Source of the DNA: Thelocarpon superellum
Lineage: Eukaryota
Length of the DNA stretch: 64,000 bases
Reading direction: 5' to 3'
Assembly: GCA_026025795.1 (NCBI GenBank)
Contig: JAPEUG010000025.1
Coordinates: 1-64,000 of the forward strand
The translations under genes were made by a program, and so were the position numbers. This document shows, one piece after another, positions 13,414-25,173 of this stretch. Under the pieces are notes generated by a model. The model saw nothing but the letters and a program-made list of their open reading frames with translations, was not told the DNA's origin and searched no databases. Within the stretch, counting starts at the first letter, position 1, and each line of letters starts with the position of its first letter.

Positions 13414-13862
13414 TTGCTTGATGCACTTGGCACCGCTCTCTTCCACCACCTTCCATTCTTCGACTAGAAATCCCGTTACTCACGCAAGCTGCCTCCTGGG
13501 CTGGAAGTGCCAGAATTGGGTGTGGGAGGGATTGGACGCGTTGGTAGAGGGCCGGCTCATCATGGCCAAAGAGAGGGATAGGCCGTAGCGAGACAGGGAA
13601 GAGCTGTCGGTGCGCCGATTATCTCCAAGTCGCCGAATGCTGCGGCGGTGGGAGAGTAAATTCTGGAGTCGACTTGCAGGCCTGTCTATTCAGCCACGGC
13701 AAGGGACGGCGTCCACTTTCTCTGTGAAGCACCTGAAGGGTAGAGTCGGCGATATGTGCGTGATTGGTCTTATGTCCTGAATCCTTTTCTGTTGTATCTG
13801 CTTCTCTACGCCATGCCGACCGTCTCTTGTGAAAGCCATCCTTTGTTCCACCAGCATGCTGC

Positions 13863-14062
13863 TCATGCATCAACACTAGAAAGCCACGGATCCGTCATCG
13901 CCTGGCCAGCGCTCGGTCGATCCCCCGGCTGGTAGCGCAACATTGACTGCAAAAAGGATGCAAGTCTAGGCACTTGCGCGTCCGAGAGGGAGGGGTTTCG
14001 CTTGTAGTTGATGACGCGCTCCAGGGACGATGGATAGAATTGTTTGACGTGCAGGAGAGAGC
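13863..14062 (-). pseudogene. Orphan terminal exon of an SRPK/Sky1-like Ser/Thr kinase (subdomain XI)
   Basis: GSLLHVKQFYPSSLE...LASFLQSMLRYQPGDRPSAGQAMTDPWL, preceded by a CTGAC branch point and CAG acceptor; no upstream kinase exons seen. Confidence 0.65.
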
Positions 14063-14144
14063 CTGTCACGGAAACGTGATGTCATGTCAGCCGTTCGGGG
14101 CTAATCGAGGAAATCCAGCGCTGATCCAGGTGACGTCGGATTAG

Positions 14145-14728
14145 GAAAATACCGGTCGTTCTCGGAAATCACCCGTTCGTCTCTACTGCACGCCTTAGCT
14201 TCGGAGTCACCTCCCTTCTCACTAGGGGAGCGAGTGATCGAGGCCTTGATGTCCGCGTACGATTCCCTGTCCATCTTTGATGATGTGCGACCCGCGCTTC
14301 AACGGCTCCCGTCTCATCCGCACATCACGCCCGTGATCTCCTCCAACGGCACGTACGACATGGTTTCTGCGTCCGTGAATAGATCACCCGACCTCGCGCC
14401 CTACGCGTCACTCTTCCACAAGATAGTCGTCGTGGAGGAGCCGTGTGTCTTCAAGCCGGCGGCACAGGTGTATCGGCATCTGGCGTCACAAGTGGGCAAG
14501 GTGGATCACAAGGGGCAATGGGGCATGCAGGACATGTGGCTAGTGAGCGGCAATCCCTTTGATATCGTCGGTGCCCGAGCTGTAGGGATGCACGCGGCGT
14601 GGGTAGATCGGGCCGGTGGGGGTTGGGTGGATCGATTGGTAGATGGGCCAGAAGGGAGCCCGAGCGTGGTGGTGAAGAACCTGGGTCACGTTGTAGATGC
14701 CGTCACCTCTCAGAGCGGTGCAAGATGA
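14145..14728 (+). pseudogene. 5'-truncated type II haloacid dehalogenase (HAD) gene; terminal exon only
   Basis: KYRSFSEITRSSLLHALA...SSNGT...FKPAAQVY...WLVSGNPFDIVGARAVGM covers HAD motifs II-IV. Starts at acceptor TTAG (14141-14144); the motif I exon (DxYGTL) is absent upstream. Confidence 0.7.
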
Positions 14729-15469
14729 TCGTCACATTGCGCGGGTGTGGTCAGTGATGCAGACATCATTCTGATAGTCTTTGCAACACGTGGACCTCGA
14801 GAACCAGCGCGTAGATGTGGCGTTAAAATCTGTCCCCCAAAGTCCCGAGACGGCAAAGTCTTGTCGAAATCGAGGGGAATTGAACTCAACGAAGTGGAAA
14901 AGGATCCACACTCAATCTACCCTCCACTTTCCCCTCCAAGGCAGCTCATGGACGAAGAGAATGCCAGAGTGAATATGAAGGGGTGTGTTTTATGATAGAG
15001 AGGGAAGAAAGGTTGTGGGACTCGCAGACGAGACTTTGTGGCTGTCGCGAACCTTCCGTAAGCCTGGGAGCTGCCCAGTTTGACTGACTTCTCCAGGTAC
15101 AATGCGTAGGTGGGCACGTGCTTCAATGGACGGCCTTTGTCGACGTGTCAGTGCTCATAGAGCTGCAGTAGCCATCGAGGGCCAAGAGCGCTAGCTAACA
15201 GTCGGAACTCGAACTGGGGTTGACTACTACTATTGTTACTGGACCCGACGGCGGGGCGGGACGAAACGAGGGAGCCTGACCTGGCTGCACGAGTAACCTA
15301 GGCCTGTCGCGCGGGGACACCGTACCAAAGGGCAGCCGCGGTAGTGTAACGAGGGACAACAAGTCCAGGTGGGGCGTGGATCGACTCAGACGACTGTACA
15401 AAGAAGCAGGTGTGTCACATCTTGTTCCGGTACAGGAACAGGGACGAGCACCAGTGTTATTGTAGGACC

Positions 15470-15530
15470 AGACGATACGATACCACACGACACGACACTA
15501 TACCACACGACACGACACGACGCGACAGAA
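15470..15530. repeat. Degenerate (CACGA)n pentamer repeat
   Basis: cacgacacgacactataccacacgacacgacacgacgcgac. Confidence 0.8.
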
Positions 15531-15765
15531 CGCAACGTGACAAAGCTGCTCCAGAGTGCCATTCGAGTGCGAACTTGCACAACTGTCGCTCTGCTCTCTT
15601 GCTCGCCCCTCACCATTAAGGTTGCTTCGTTCGCCCCGCCTCGCCACGACACCCGCCAGCCCCTCCGTGCGTCATATCTTTCAACACAAACATCCTCGGA
15701 CCGTCGTGGGAGAAGCGCACCTCGCACTACATTTGCATCTCAGCGTCGAACCTTCGCTCGCAATC

Positions 15766-16694
15766 ATGGCCCCGGGTGGACGAGGCCGTGGAGGAAAGTT
15801 CAGCAAGCCGACGCGGGGAGGTATGACTTGGGGCATTTCCTGGGCCAAGCACGCGGCCACGGAGTAGAACCGTCCGCTGACGCTGTATCGACCACAGGCG
15901 GCAAGAAATTCAGCCGAAACCTCCGACCCCTCGATGCCGATGGGAACGAGCAAGGAATGTGGGGAGTGAGCCGCCCCGCACTCGCCCATCATGTCTTGCA
16001 CGAGCCCTAACCATCTCTCCACGACCAGGAACCCGGCGACGCCGCAGAAAAAGACTCGTCTTCGGAAGCAGAGTCGTCAGAAGAGGAGGACTCGTCATCA
16101 GAATCGGGTGCGGCTACCAACGCCAACAACGAGCCGTTGACGCGCGAGGAGCGCCGAGCGGCAGCCAAGGCGAAGAAAGAGGCGGCGCTGGCGCGAAAAG
16201 CCGCCAAGGCCGCCGCACCGGGCGACCTACCGCCGTCGTCGTCCGAGTCCGACGAGGAGAACGAAGACTCGGACGGCACGCCCGCGAACCCGAACCACAC
16301 GAGGAAAGCACGGAACCAAGCATCATCGGCGCCGCTGGACCCGTCCGCCGCCGCCGCGCCCGGCACACCCGCCGGCAAAGGCGCCAAGGCGACCCCGCTG
16401 TCGCAGCTGTCCCGGCGTGAGCGCGAGGCCATCCAGGCACAACAGGCCAAGGAGCGGTACCAGAAGCTGCACGCCGAGGGCAAGACGGACGAGGCGCGTG
16501 CGGACCTAGCGCGCCTGGCCATCATCAAGGAGAAGCGCGAGATGGAAGCGGCGCGCAAGAAGGCGGAGAAGGAGGAGAAGGAAGAGGCCGAGAAGGAACG
16601 GAGGCTCGACTTGGACGAGAAGGAGCGAAAGAAGCGTGAGGCTGCCCTCGGTGCCGGCGCCAATGCGAAGAAAACCGCGGGCAAGAAGAAGTGA
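15766..16694 (+). CDS. PP28/PDAP1 (casein kinase substrate phosphoprotein)-family protein; 3 exons
   Basis: [65 protein letters not shown]. Introns 15821-15897 and 15966-16028. Confidence 0.85.
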
Positions 16695-17012
16695 TGGGCT
16701 CTACGTGCGGTATCGATGATGGCAGCTGCCATCATTTACTGCATTAGATGCATGCATGATACATGAATGAAGCGCCATCCGTATATGTGTCCGTCCAGCA
16801 CAGTGCAGTACAGCGTGGTAGATGCACAGATGTCAAGTATGCGCCAGATGAACCAAACCCAGCGCCCTCGCTATACGACATTCACTGCCGCCTGGTCTGT
16901 TTGAGATTGCATGCATGCAGGCACTCCACCAAGACCCTCGCAACGTCACAGCGTCGGCACCGCCATCCAACCCCTCAGCGGCGCCCCGGTCCACAAAACA
17001 GGCGCGACGTGT

Positions 17013-18139
17013 TTAGGCAGGTTGAAGCCGAAGAGACTGGCGATGTACAGCACGGCGAGCACGAAGACTGGCGATAGGAGGAGCTCCGTGTGGTGGAGGA
17101 AGGGTAGGGCTGCCACACTGCACGTTAGTGCTGCTAGCTAGACGAGCGAAAAGGAGAGACATGAGCACTCCCGGCGCACTCACCGTTGTAGCCAAGGAAT
17201 GTGATCACTATGTAATAGCTGAATGCAACCAGGTATAGGGAGTTGCCGAGGAATAGGGAGATCCTGAGGATGATGACGACGAAGTAGTGTCAGTATGCGT
17301 TGACGCTCGGGCTTTGTCTCGTCCTCGGCATCTTCGTACCAATAGTCTCGTGAAATCAGCGGCATCAAGATGAATTGGATCACGTAGAGCGCCACCCACG
17401 CCGGAAAGAAGGCTCGAATTGCCACCTGTCAGGCACGGTCAGCTGTCAGCACCGTTCGAAGCCACGTGGGACCAACGCTTCCCACTCACGTCAAAACAAT
17501 ATCCAAACTCCAATTGATCCCCGTCCCCGGCTTGTCCGAACAGTCCTTGTCGCCGTCGTCCCGGAAGACCCGCCACTCCGGGGCCCAGGAAGCGCCCCAC
17601 GAGAAAGTACGCCACGGTCGAGACCAGCAGCGACAGAGCCAGAAAATGTACAAAGATGAAGACCGCGGCCACGCGGACGATCGAGCCAAAGGACATGACG
17701 GCATACGCCACCGCCCATGCCAGCGACGTCAGGAGGAGGAAGAAGGAGAGGAGGTAGGTGAAGGACGGATCGGGTCGATGCCACGTATTCTTCGTTTCTA
17801 AGCCCCACCAGCACCATGTCAGTCTGCTCCCGCGAGGTCGGGCCTCTGGGGCGGACGAGGTATGCACGCACGTTTCTATCCACGCGTGTCAGCAATGACC
17901 CGGCGTCACTGACGATGAACCACACGTACATGATAGTATATCGACCGAAACACCTTCTTGGGCGCAATCAGCAAGCTGGTCATCTCCCAAATGGCCATCT
18001 CAAAGTCCATCTGCGGGAATTTGAACAGCCGCTTGAAGAACCGCGGCATCCGCAGGCCTTCCGCTCGCGTACCGGGTTGCGTGCCGCCAAACGTCGATGC
18101 CCCGCCATGTTGTCGTGGTAGCGAAATGTGGGGATTCAT
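17013..18139 (-). CDS. GMH1: UNC-50/GMH1 family Golgi membrane protein; 6 exons including a 4-nt microexon
   Basis: QMDFEMAIWEMTSLLIAPKKVFRSIYYH-KQ-TKNTWHRPDP, EFGYCFDVAIRAFFP and ITFLGYNALPFLHHTE. Introns 17876-17929, 17798-17871, 17426-17489, 17264-17339 and 17110-17183. Confidence 0.9.
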
Positions 18140-19431
18140 GATGGAGGCCGACGGGTGGACGATGGCGAGAGACGGGCGGGTGGACGCGTCGGCTGACGCT
18201 TCAGCGGTGCAATGAACGCTTCGAGACGCACTTGCCGCGAGCCGATCCGTGAAAGTGGTGGAGAGTGGAGAGCGGAGAGCGACGAGGGGAGAAGGTGGAC
18301 GTCGTTTCTATGCATACCAATTCCCCAAGTCTTCCTCTTTACATCATGTCCCCATGTGCACGATGCGGCCACTGCTCCCCGACAATCTGACCTCGATCCG
18401 TTCCAAGTTAGTTACAGAATCTCGTACTCGGACAGCTGAAGGCCTGCGCGAGCCGTTCACGTGATGTATTTGACGAGGCGCGACGATGAGACCCAGACTT
18501 GTGCTGGACGGCCCCCACTTTATCGCCTGCTCTCTTGCCTTTGCGCCAGGCATGGCCATTTCGACGACGATGACTGATTCGACGTTCATGTACTCACATC
18601 AGACGCCATTCCGTACACATTTGCGTTCTGCCATATGCAGAGCTATATGAGTACCGCGGAAAGGACGGGTCAGCGAAAACCAGATTCCGCATTCCAAATT
18701 CTACCAGTACCTGTGTTATGTTATGTTACTCGTAGGCGTGACCGTTCGTCGGGAGCTCTCCCGAGCGACCCCTCGCCTATCCTAGCCGAAGGTACGCCGA
18801 AGGGACGACGTGATTGGGCGGGAGTGCAGCAGCAGTACCGGTACCTGTCGTTGGCGTGCCCGCGGGAGCTCATCGACCCCCTGGACCTACGAAGATCCGT
18901 CACTCGATTCCTATCGCTACCAATCGCTCGCTAGGGGTGCCGCAGACACTAGGGTCTCGTTGGCCGCCAGCCGAGTCCCGTCGCTCGACACCACCAATTC
19001 ATTCGCCGTCCCCCTGACGGACTTGATCTGGGGCGCCATCGCCCGCCGCGTCCCCAATCTGCGAGCTTTCTCCCCTCCACACCCAGGACGCAGTCCAATA
19101 TCGGTTGGCACGTCTTGGCCATCACCCATCCCATCGCTCGCGCCCTCACGCCCTCCGCCGTGAGCCAGCGACGGGCGTCAATGCAGCGCTGAAGACCCTG
19201 TCATCCCTGGCCTCCCTGCCACCACCGCGTCGACCTTGACGGCGGAAGTCTCCTATCCCTGTCCCTGTCCCTATCCCGATCCCTGGCCAACGAGTCGACA
19301 CGCCGTTGCTGCCCCGCCCACGCCGCCCACGATCTCCAAGCGCCAATGCCACCACCTTCGCCGCGCTCACCATCATCACGACCGATCCAGGTGGACCGTC
19401 GGACCGTCACGTCTGCGGCTCGCCCGCCAGC

Positions 19432-22400
19432 ATGGTGACCTCGCCAACCAAGCGGCTGCCGCCGCTACCCTCCGGTCGCCCACCACGCTCCCGCCGCATC
19501 AGCCCAGAGATCTCGCCCACGCGGAATCCGTCGGGCTCCTCCTCGCACCCCGGGGGCTCACATGAGCCGGCTCGCACGCCGCCCGTCCGATCCCCGGCTC
19601 GCGGACGCTCCCTCGACGAGGGCACTCCGCTCGCGACCAAACCGGGCGAAAGCGGAGGCCGTGACTCCCACGACTTGTCCCTCTCTCCACGTGGCCGCGG
19701 ACGAGAATCGCTGGTCGACCACATGTTGCTCTCGCTCGATCAATTTGCCATCGAGCAATCGTCAGGCACCCGGCCGCGGGCCGGCTCGGGCCCCGACCTG
19801 CTCCACGACTCGTCCCCCCGCTTCTCCATCGAGGAGATGCCGCGCCCGCCCGCCACCGCACATGGTCGCGCGCGCGGTCATACCTACTCCAGCTCCTACT
19901 CCTCCGATTTTGATCCTCGCGCCCACGATCTGTCGAGCCGATACTCCACCAACCTGTCGCGCGGCCGGCGTAGCAACAGCAGCTCCAACTTCCAAGTCGT
20001 GCTCGAGCGGATCGACAGCTTGCGCGCCGAGGAGAAGACCCGGGGGAAGCTATCCGACGCGCAACGCACCATCAGCCACGGCCAGCGTCGGGTCTCCCAG
20101 CCCCGTGGCCATGGCGTGCAGCACAGCGTCGACAGCGGCACCTCCACCCTCGAGCAGACCAACCGGACCCCGCTGGCGAGCCCACGTTGGACCAGCGTCA
20201 GCGATCTTCGCGCCTCGAGCCTGGAATACGTGCAGCGTGGTCGGCCGCCCTTGGACCCTGAGTCGCCCCTGTTTCCCAGCATTGTCCCAGACAGTCCGGG
20301 CCTGGTCGGCGACGGCTTTGGCGCATATGATGCGGCGCCCACGCCCAACGTGCCGCGCGGTCCACGTGGCCAACACTCGCCGGTCCGCGAGAGCATGCCT
20401 CCCACCAATCCCACCTGTCCCGCGCCCGAGATCCCGGCCAAGGATGAACGACGCGGCGCCAAGCTCCCCCGCAGCTTGTACGCAACGAGCCCCCGAGTCG
20501 AGTCCTTTCCCACCTCACCGTCCCTGACCCCTCGACACGGCTCCATGGTCATGGCGTCGACGGCCGCCGCTCCGGCACCGAGTATCGCTTTCCAGAAGTC
20601 TCCGCCTTTTCCGACGACGCCGTCGACCCCGCCGGCCAAGGACCGACCCGGCTTCTTCCGACGCGTCTTCGGCGCCTCGCGACATCACAATCACAATCAC
20701 ACGCCCTCGCCCTCGCCCGCCGAGTCGTCACAACCATCGTCGGCCGAAGCCGTGAGGTCGCGGGCACCCTCGCGCGACGGACATGCGGCCCGGTCGAAGC
20801 TCAACCACATCGCCGACCAGATGAAAACCGCCCCCGTGACTGCCGCCATTGATGCCCCTGCCGTTCCGCCCAAGGATCACCCGCCTGCCTTGAACAAGAA
20901 AGCGTCATCCTTCTTCCGACGGCGCAAGAAGTCCTTCTCCGAGGGCCCTCCTACGCCCGTGGTGCCAATCCACGTGCCGGCCCCACAACACGCCGCACCC
21001 GTCGAGCCCGTCTTGAGTCCGACCAGCAGCCTGCGTCGCGTCATGCACCCCTACCTCCGGAGTCCACCCAGCACTCAAGACAAGTTCCACGAGAGTCGCG
21101 ACCTGCCAGCGGGCCAACAGGATGCCAACCATGCGGAGGTGCGTGCATTTGCTGGTATCACCGACCGGGATGCGACAGCGCCTCACATGACGCCACCCGT
21201 CGTCACGGACCCCTCCGTGTCACCGCGCCAAGAAGAAGCAAACATGCCGACGCTAGCCCCAACCAATGGCGATGCTGGTTTGCCATCGACGGCGCCGCCC
21301 ACGGCCCTGCCCCGAGCGCCCTCAATGGAGGCACCGCCTGTGCCCAATGTTGCAAAGACGGACGTTGACGACGTGGCCCTCAACCCGTCCCCGCCACCGA
21401 CGGAGGACGCGTCGACAGAGTCCCGGGATCAAGTGACCAGTGTCGCGGCCGCGATAAATGAGGCCTCCGACGTCGAGATGAACGGGAGCGTGGACAAAGA
21501 GCAGGCGCCAACCCCCGTCGAGCCGCCCGTCGCTCTGGCCGACGTCCCTTCGCAAGAGGATGCGCCGGATCTTCCGATGGAGGAGGTTGCGGCGGAGCCC
21601 ACCCCATCGGCTCCACCGCAGGCTGATGGTGCGGACGAGGCGGTTGAGTCCGGTCCGACGGCGTCCTGTACTACGGAGGACGTCAAGCCGAGGGACGAGG
21701 GCGACGAGTCTGACCTACCGCGCCAGCCACCGCCGGAATCCGCAGCGCGACCGAGCGCGACCGAAGCTAATGCGCAAGTCGAGAATCTGCCACCCACGGG
21801 ACACCGTCCTGTCGTGGCGGCGCCTCCCGTGGCCGTGGAGGTGGTCGCGACCGACGAGTGGGAACCGGCGGCGGAGGATTGGGAGAAGGTCAAGAAGATC
21901 TTTGACGGTGGCGAAGAATTCATCAGCAAGGCTACCGCGGCGGCTTGGCTGGGCGAGTCAGGACCCGCCAGCGCCCGGGCGCGCAAGGCCTACATGGAGC
22001 TGTTTGACTGGTCCAACATGAGCATTCTCGCCGCCATGCGGGGGCTTTGCGACAAGTTGATCCTCAAGGGAGAGACGCAGCAAGTTGATCGCATCCTGGA
22101 TGCCGTCGCCTCCCGGTGGGGCCAATGCAACCCCAATCATGGCTTCAAGGCCGGCGATGTGGTGCACACCATCTGCTACTCGATTCTCTTGCTCAACACC
22201 GACCTGTACTTGGCCGACATTGAGTCGAAGATGACCCGCAGTCAATACGTGCGCAACACGCTGCCCACGATCCGTCGCGTGGCCGCCGAAGCGGCGCCTG
22301 AGACCTTTGATCCGCACCGAGCCTCCATCGTGTCCCCCCTCTCGCACACTCCCTCCACCACCGAGCCGAACTCGCCGGGATTGCCCCCGACGCCGGCTCC

Positions 22401-24255
22401 CGACGGCAAGGACGGGGCCCCGCTCACAGACCCGAGCCGTCGAAGCCGACGACGCTCGGCCTCGGAGGACGTGGGCATCAGTGCACCCACGCCTCTGGAC
22501 ATGGATTCGTCCAGCGAGGAGTGCGGACCTCTCGTCAAGGCGGTGTGCCATGGGTCCAGCCGGACATGGGAAGCGCAGGTGGAGGTGGTGCTGAAGAACA
22601 TCTACAACTCCATCAAGGCACAGCGTCTCCCTCTTCACGGGGCGTCGGGCGAGGTTGTGCCCGAGCCGGCTTGCCCGCCGAGCCACCTGTCGGTGCTGAC
22701 GGGCAACATGCTGCGCCGATCTCCCAGCACCCTCAGCCGGGCCGCGTCCGAGAGCCCGAGCCTACGCGGTCGATCGGACGTGAGTCGGACGGCGACGGGC
22801 CGGTGGAGCTCCAAGACGCGCTCGCGCCCACGGCTGTATCCACGGTCGACGGTGGGCTCGAGCCGCACCAGCTTCGAGGACGAAGCGTCGATCTGGAGCC
22901 CGACGGGGTCGAGCACGTGGAGTCGGTACTCGCTGGGCAAGACGCAGACGTCCATGTCGGTCGACTCGTTCGGGTCGAGTCTGCCGCACGGGGACTACCA
23001 ACAGTCCATCGGCTTCGCCAACGCTCTCAGCCGCGCCATCATCCGCGAGGAGGCGTCGGAGACGTCGACGTCGACCACCACGCACGAACGGGCGACGCCC
23101 TTGCTCGAGGACGAGACCCTGGGCCTGGTGGGAGCTCCATGGGCCAAGGAGGCCATCTTGAAGCACAAGCATCACCTGGAGTCGGTGGACAAGAAGGCCA
23201 AGGATCGGAACTGGAACGATTGTTTCGCCGTGATCGAGAACGGATGGATGCGGCTGTTCTCCTTTGCGGCCAAGAGTTCGCTGCGCTCGCGGATCAAGGC
23301 CCGTCAGGCCAGCGGCGGCGTGGTTGGTGGCGGCAATTGGAGCGAGAACGCCGAAGCCCTCGGCTCGTACCTCTTGCGGCAGACCATCGCATCGGCCCTA
23401 CCGCCGCCGGGGTACTCCAAGGCGCGACCGCACGTGTGGGCCTTGTCGCTCCCCACGGGCGCCGTGCATCTCTTCCAGGTCGGCACGCCGGAGATTGTCA
23501 AGGAGTTCGTGTCGACGGCGAACTACTGGAGTGCGCGGTTGTCCAAGGAGCCGCTGGTCGGCGGGATCAGCAACGTGGAGTACGGGTGGGGCGATCTGGT
23601 CATCAACAGCGCGCTGATTGGCGGCGAGCACTCGGCCACGCGACCGTCCTCGGGCCGTCGCCCGAGCCTCCAGAGCTCGATCCGATCGTCCATGGACCAG
23701 GGGGGATCGATGCGGACCAAGCTGCCCGCGGACCGCATCATGATCTCGGACTGGAGTCCGCCACAACAGAGCATGATGGCCAGCCAACTGTTGGAAGTGG
23801 ACCAACTCAACGTGAGCGTCGTGATGCCTATAGTGAGGAGCATGGCTGACGGACGGACGGGGACAGGCGCTCCTCACGTACGTCAAAAACATCGAGGCGG
23901 AGCTACAGAAACACAACGAACTGCGGTCTCCGATGCTGTTGGCGGTATGTTCCCCTGTCTACTCCATCCCCCGCTGGACTGGACCTGATTCATGACGGCA
24001 TAGTTTTCACCACGCCACCCCAACTCCACCAAGGCCATGGCGAACTGGGAGCGCAAGTCGTCGTATCTGCTGCGCGAGATTGTCAAGTTCCGCACCTACA
24101 TTGACTGCCTGACGATGGCGCAGGGCCAGAAGGAACGGGTGTATGCGGAGCGGGCGGAGCACGCGGCCAGATTGAAGACAGAGCAGCCGCAGCCGGGGTC
24201 GCCGACCGACGTTCCAGCCGCACCAGCCGCTCAGGCCGTTCAAGCCGTGCATTAA
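19432..24255 (+). CDS. Sec7 + PH-domain ARF guanine-nucleotide exchange factor (Syt1/Yel1-like) with long disordered N-terminus; start uncertain
   Basis: Sec7 motifs LKGETQQVDRILD and ICYSILLLNTDL; PH region WAKEAILKHKH...ALPPPGYSKARPHVWAL...ANYWSARLSKEP. Introns 23812-23866 and 23945-24003. Confidence 0.88.
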
Positions 24256-24871
24256 GTCGGACGACGGATGACGAGAAATGACGACGACGATGGCCAGCGA
24301 GGGAGTCGGGGGGAAGGAACGCACTCGTTGTTTATCTCTAGTCCTGGTTTCATTTCCGTTCTTGGACATATTTACTTTGGGAGACGAATGAGAAGAAGAA
24401 GAGGAAGAGAAGCACGGTCATGGGAGAATGTCGGAATAGCGGTGGCGATGAGTGGTAGCGGGAGTGGCATTGGTACTGGGGGTGGTCAGATGGGCGAAGG
24501 AAGGAACTGCATTATCAGCATTATCATCCTCATCGTCAATATAATATCACCAGCACTCGAATGAAGACGACCGCGAACCCGCATTGATTTTTCAAGCGGG
24601 CATCAAATGCACCCCCATCCGGATTGTGAACTTACCTAGTATCAAGAGGTATTCTCTGGTCACCCAAACTTCATGACAGTTCATTGCAAAGTATAAGTTC
24701 AAGTTCAATCTTGAATTCGGCTCGGTGGGGGAAACAGCAGACTCTCGTGGCTACGCTATCCCGACCCGTGCCAAATCCTATCTTCTCTAATTTCTATGCC
24801 TGTCCACCTTTCCCTGTCCGTTGTTCTTCCATTCGACCGACCCGACTCAATCGGATCAAAAGCACAGCGCA

Positions 24872-25004
24872 GCCCCTGCCTTGCCCTGCCCTGCCTTGCC
24901 CTGCCCTGCCCTGCTCTCGCCAGGAACAGTTTTCGTTCTCAATCAGAGGGACCGAAGAAGAAGAAGAAGAAGAAGAAGAAGAAGAAGAAGAAGAAGAAGA
25001 AGAA
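24872..25004. repeat. (CCCTG/CCTTG)n pentamer run followed by (GAA)17
   Basis: Pentamers about 24872-24914; GAA run 24954-25004, between two convergent genes. Confidence 0.92.
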
Positions 25005-25173
25005 AAACAGAAAGTGTCGTCGAACGACTGATTGCTTGCACGCACGTACTTGTGAAATTCCAATATGAGTACATCCCTGATGGAGAGAAGACGGGTTTGA
25101 CGAAAGCGCGGGGTGACCAGGACCAGGTCTAGGGTGAGGGAAGGTGGGAAGAAAAGGACAACACCACATCCAC

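Noticed and set aside
15196..15250. GTTCGA T-loop-like motif on the minus strand (similar motifs near 34514 and 42740)
   Set aside because: No cloverleaf or A-box could be built; no tRNA called.
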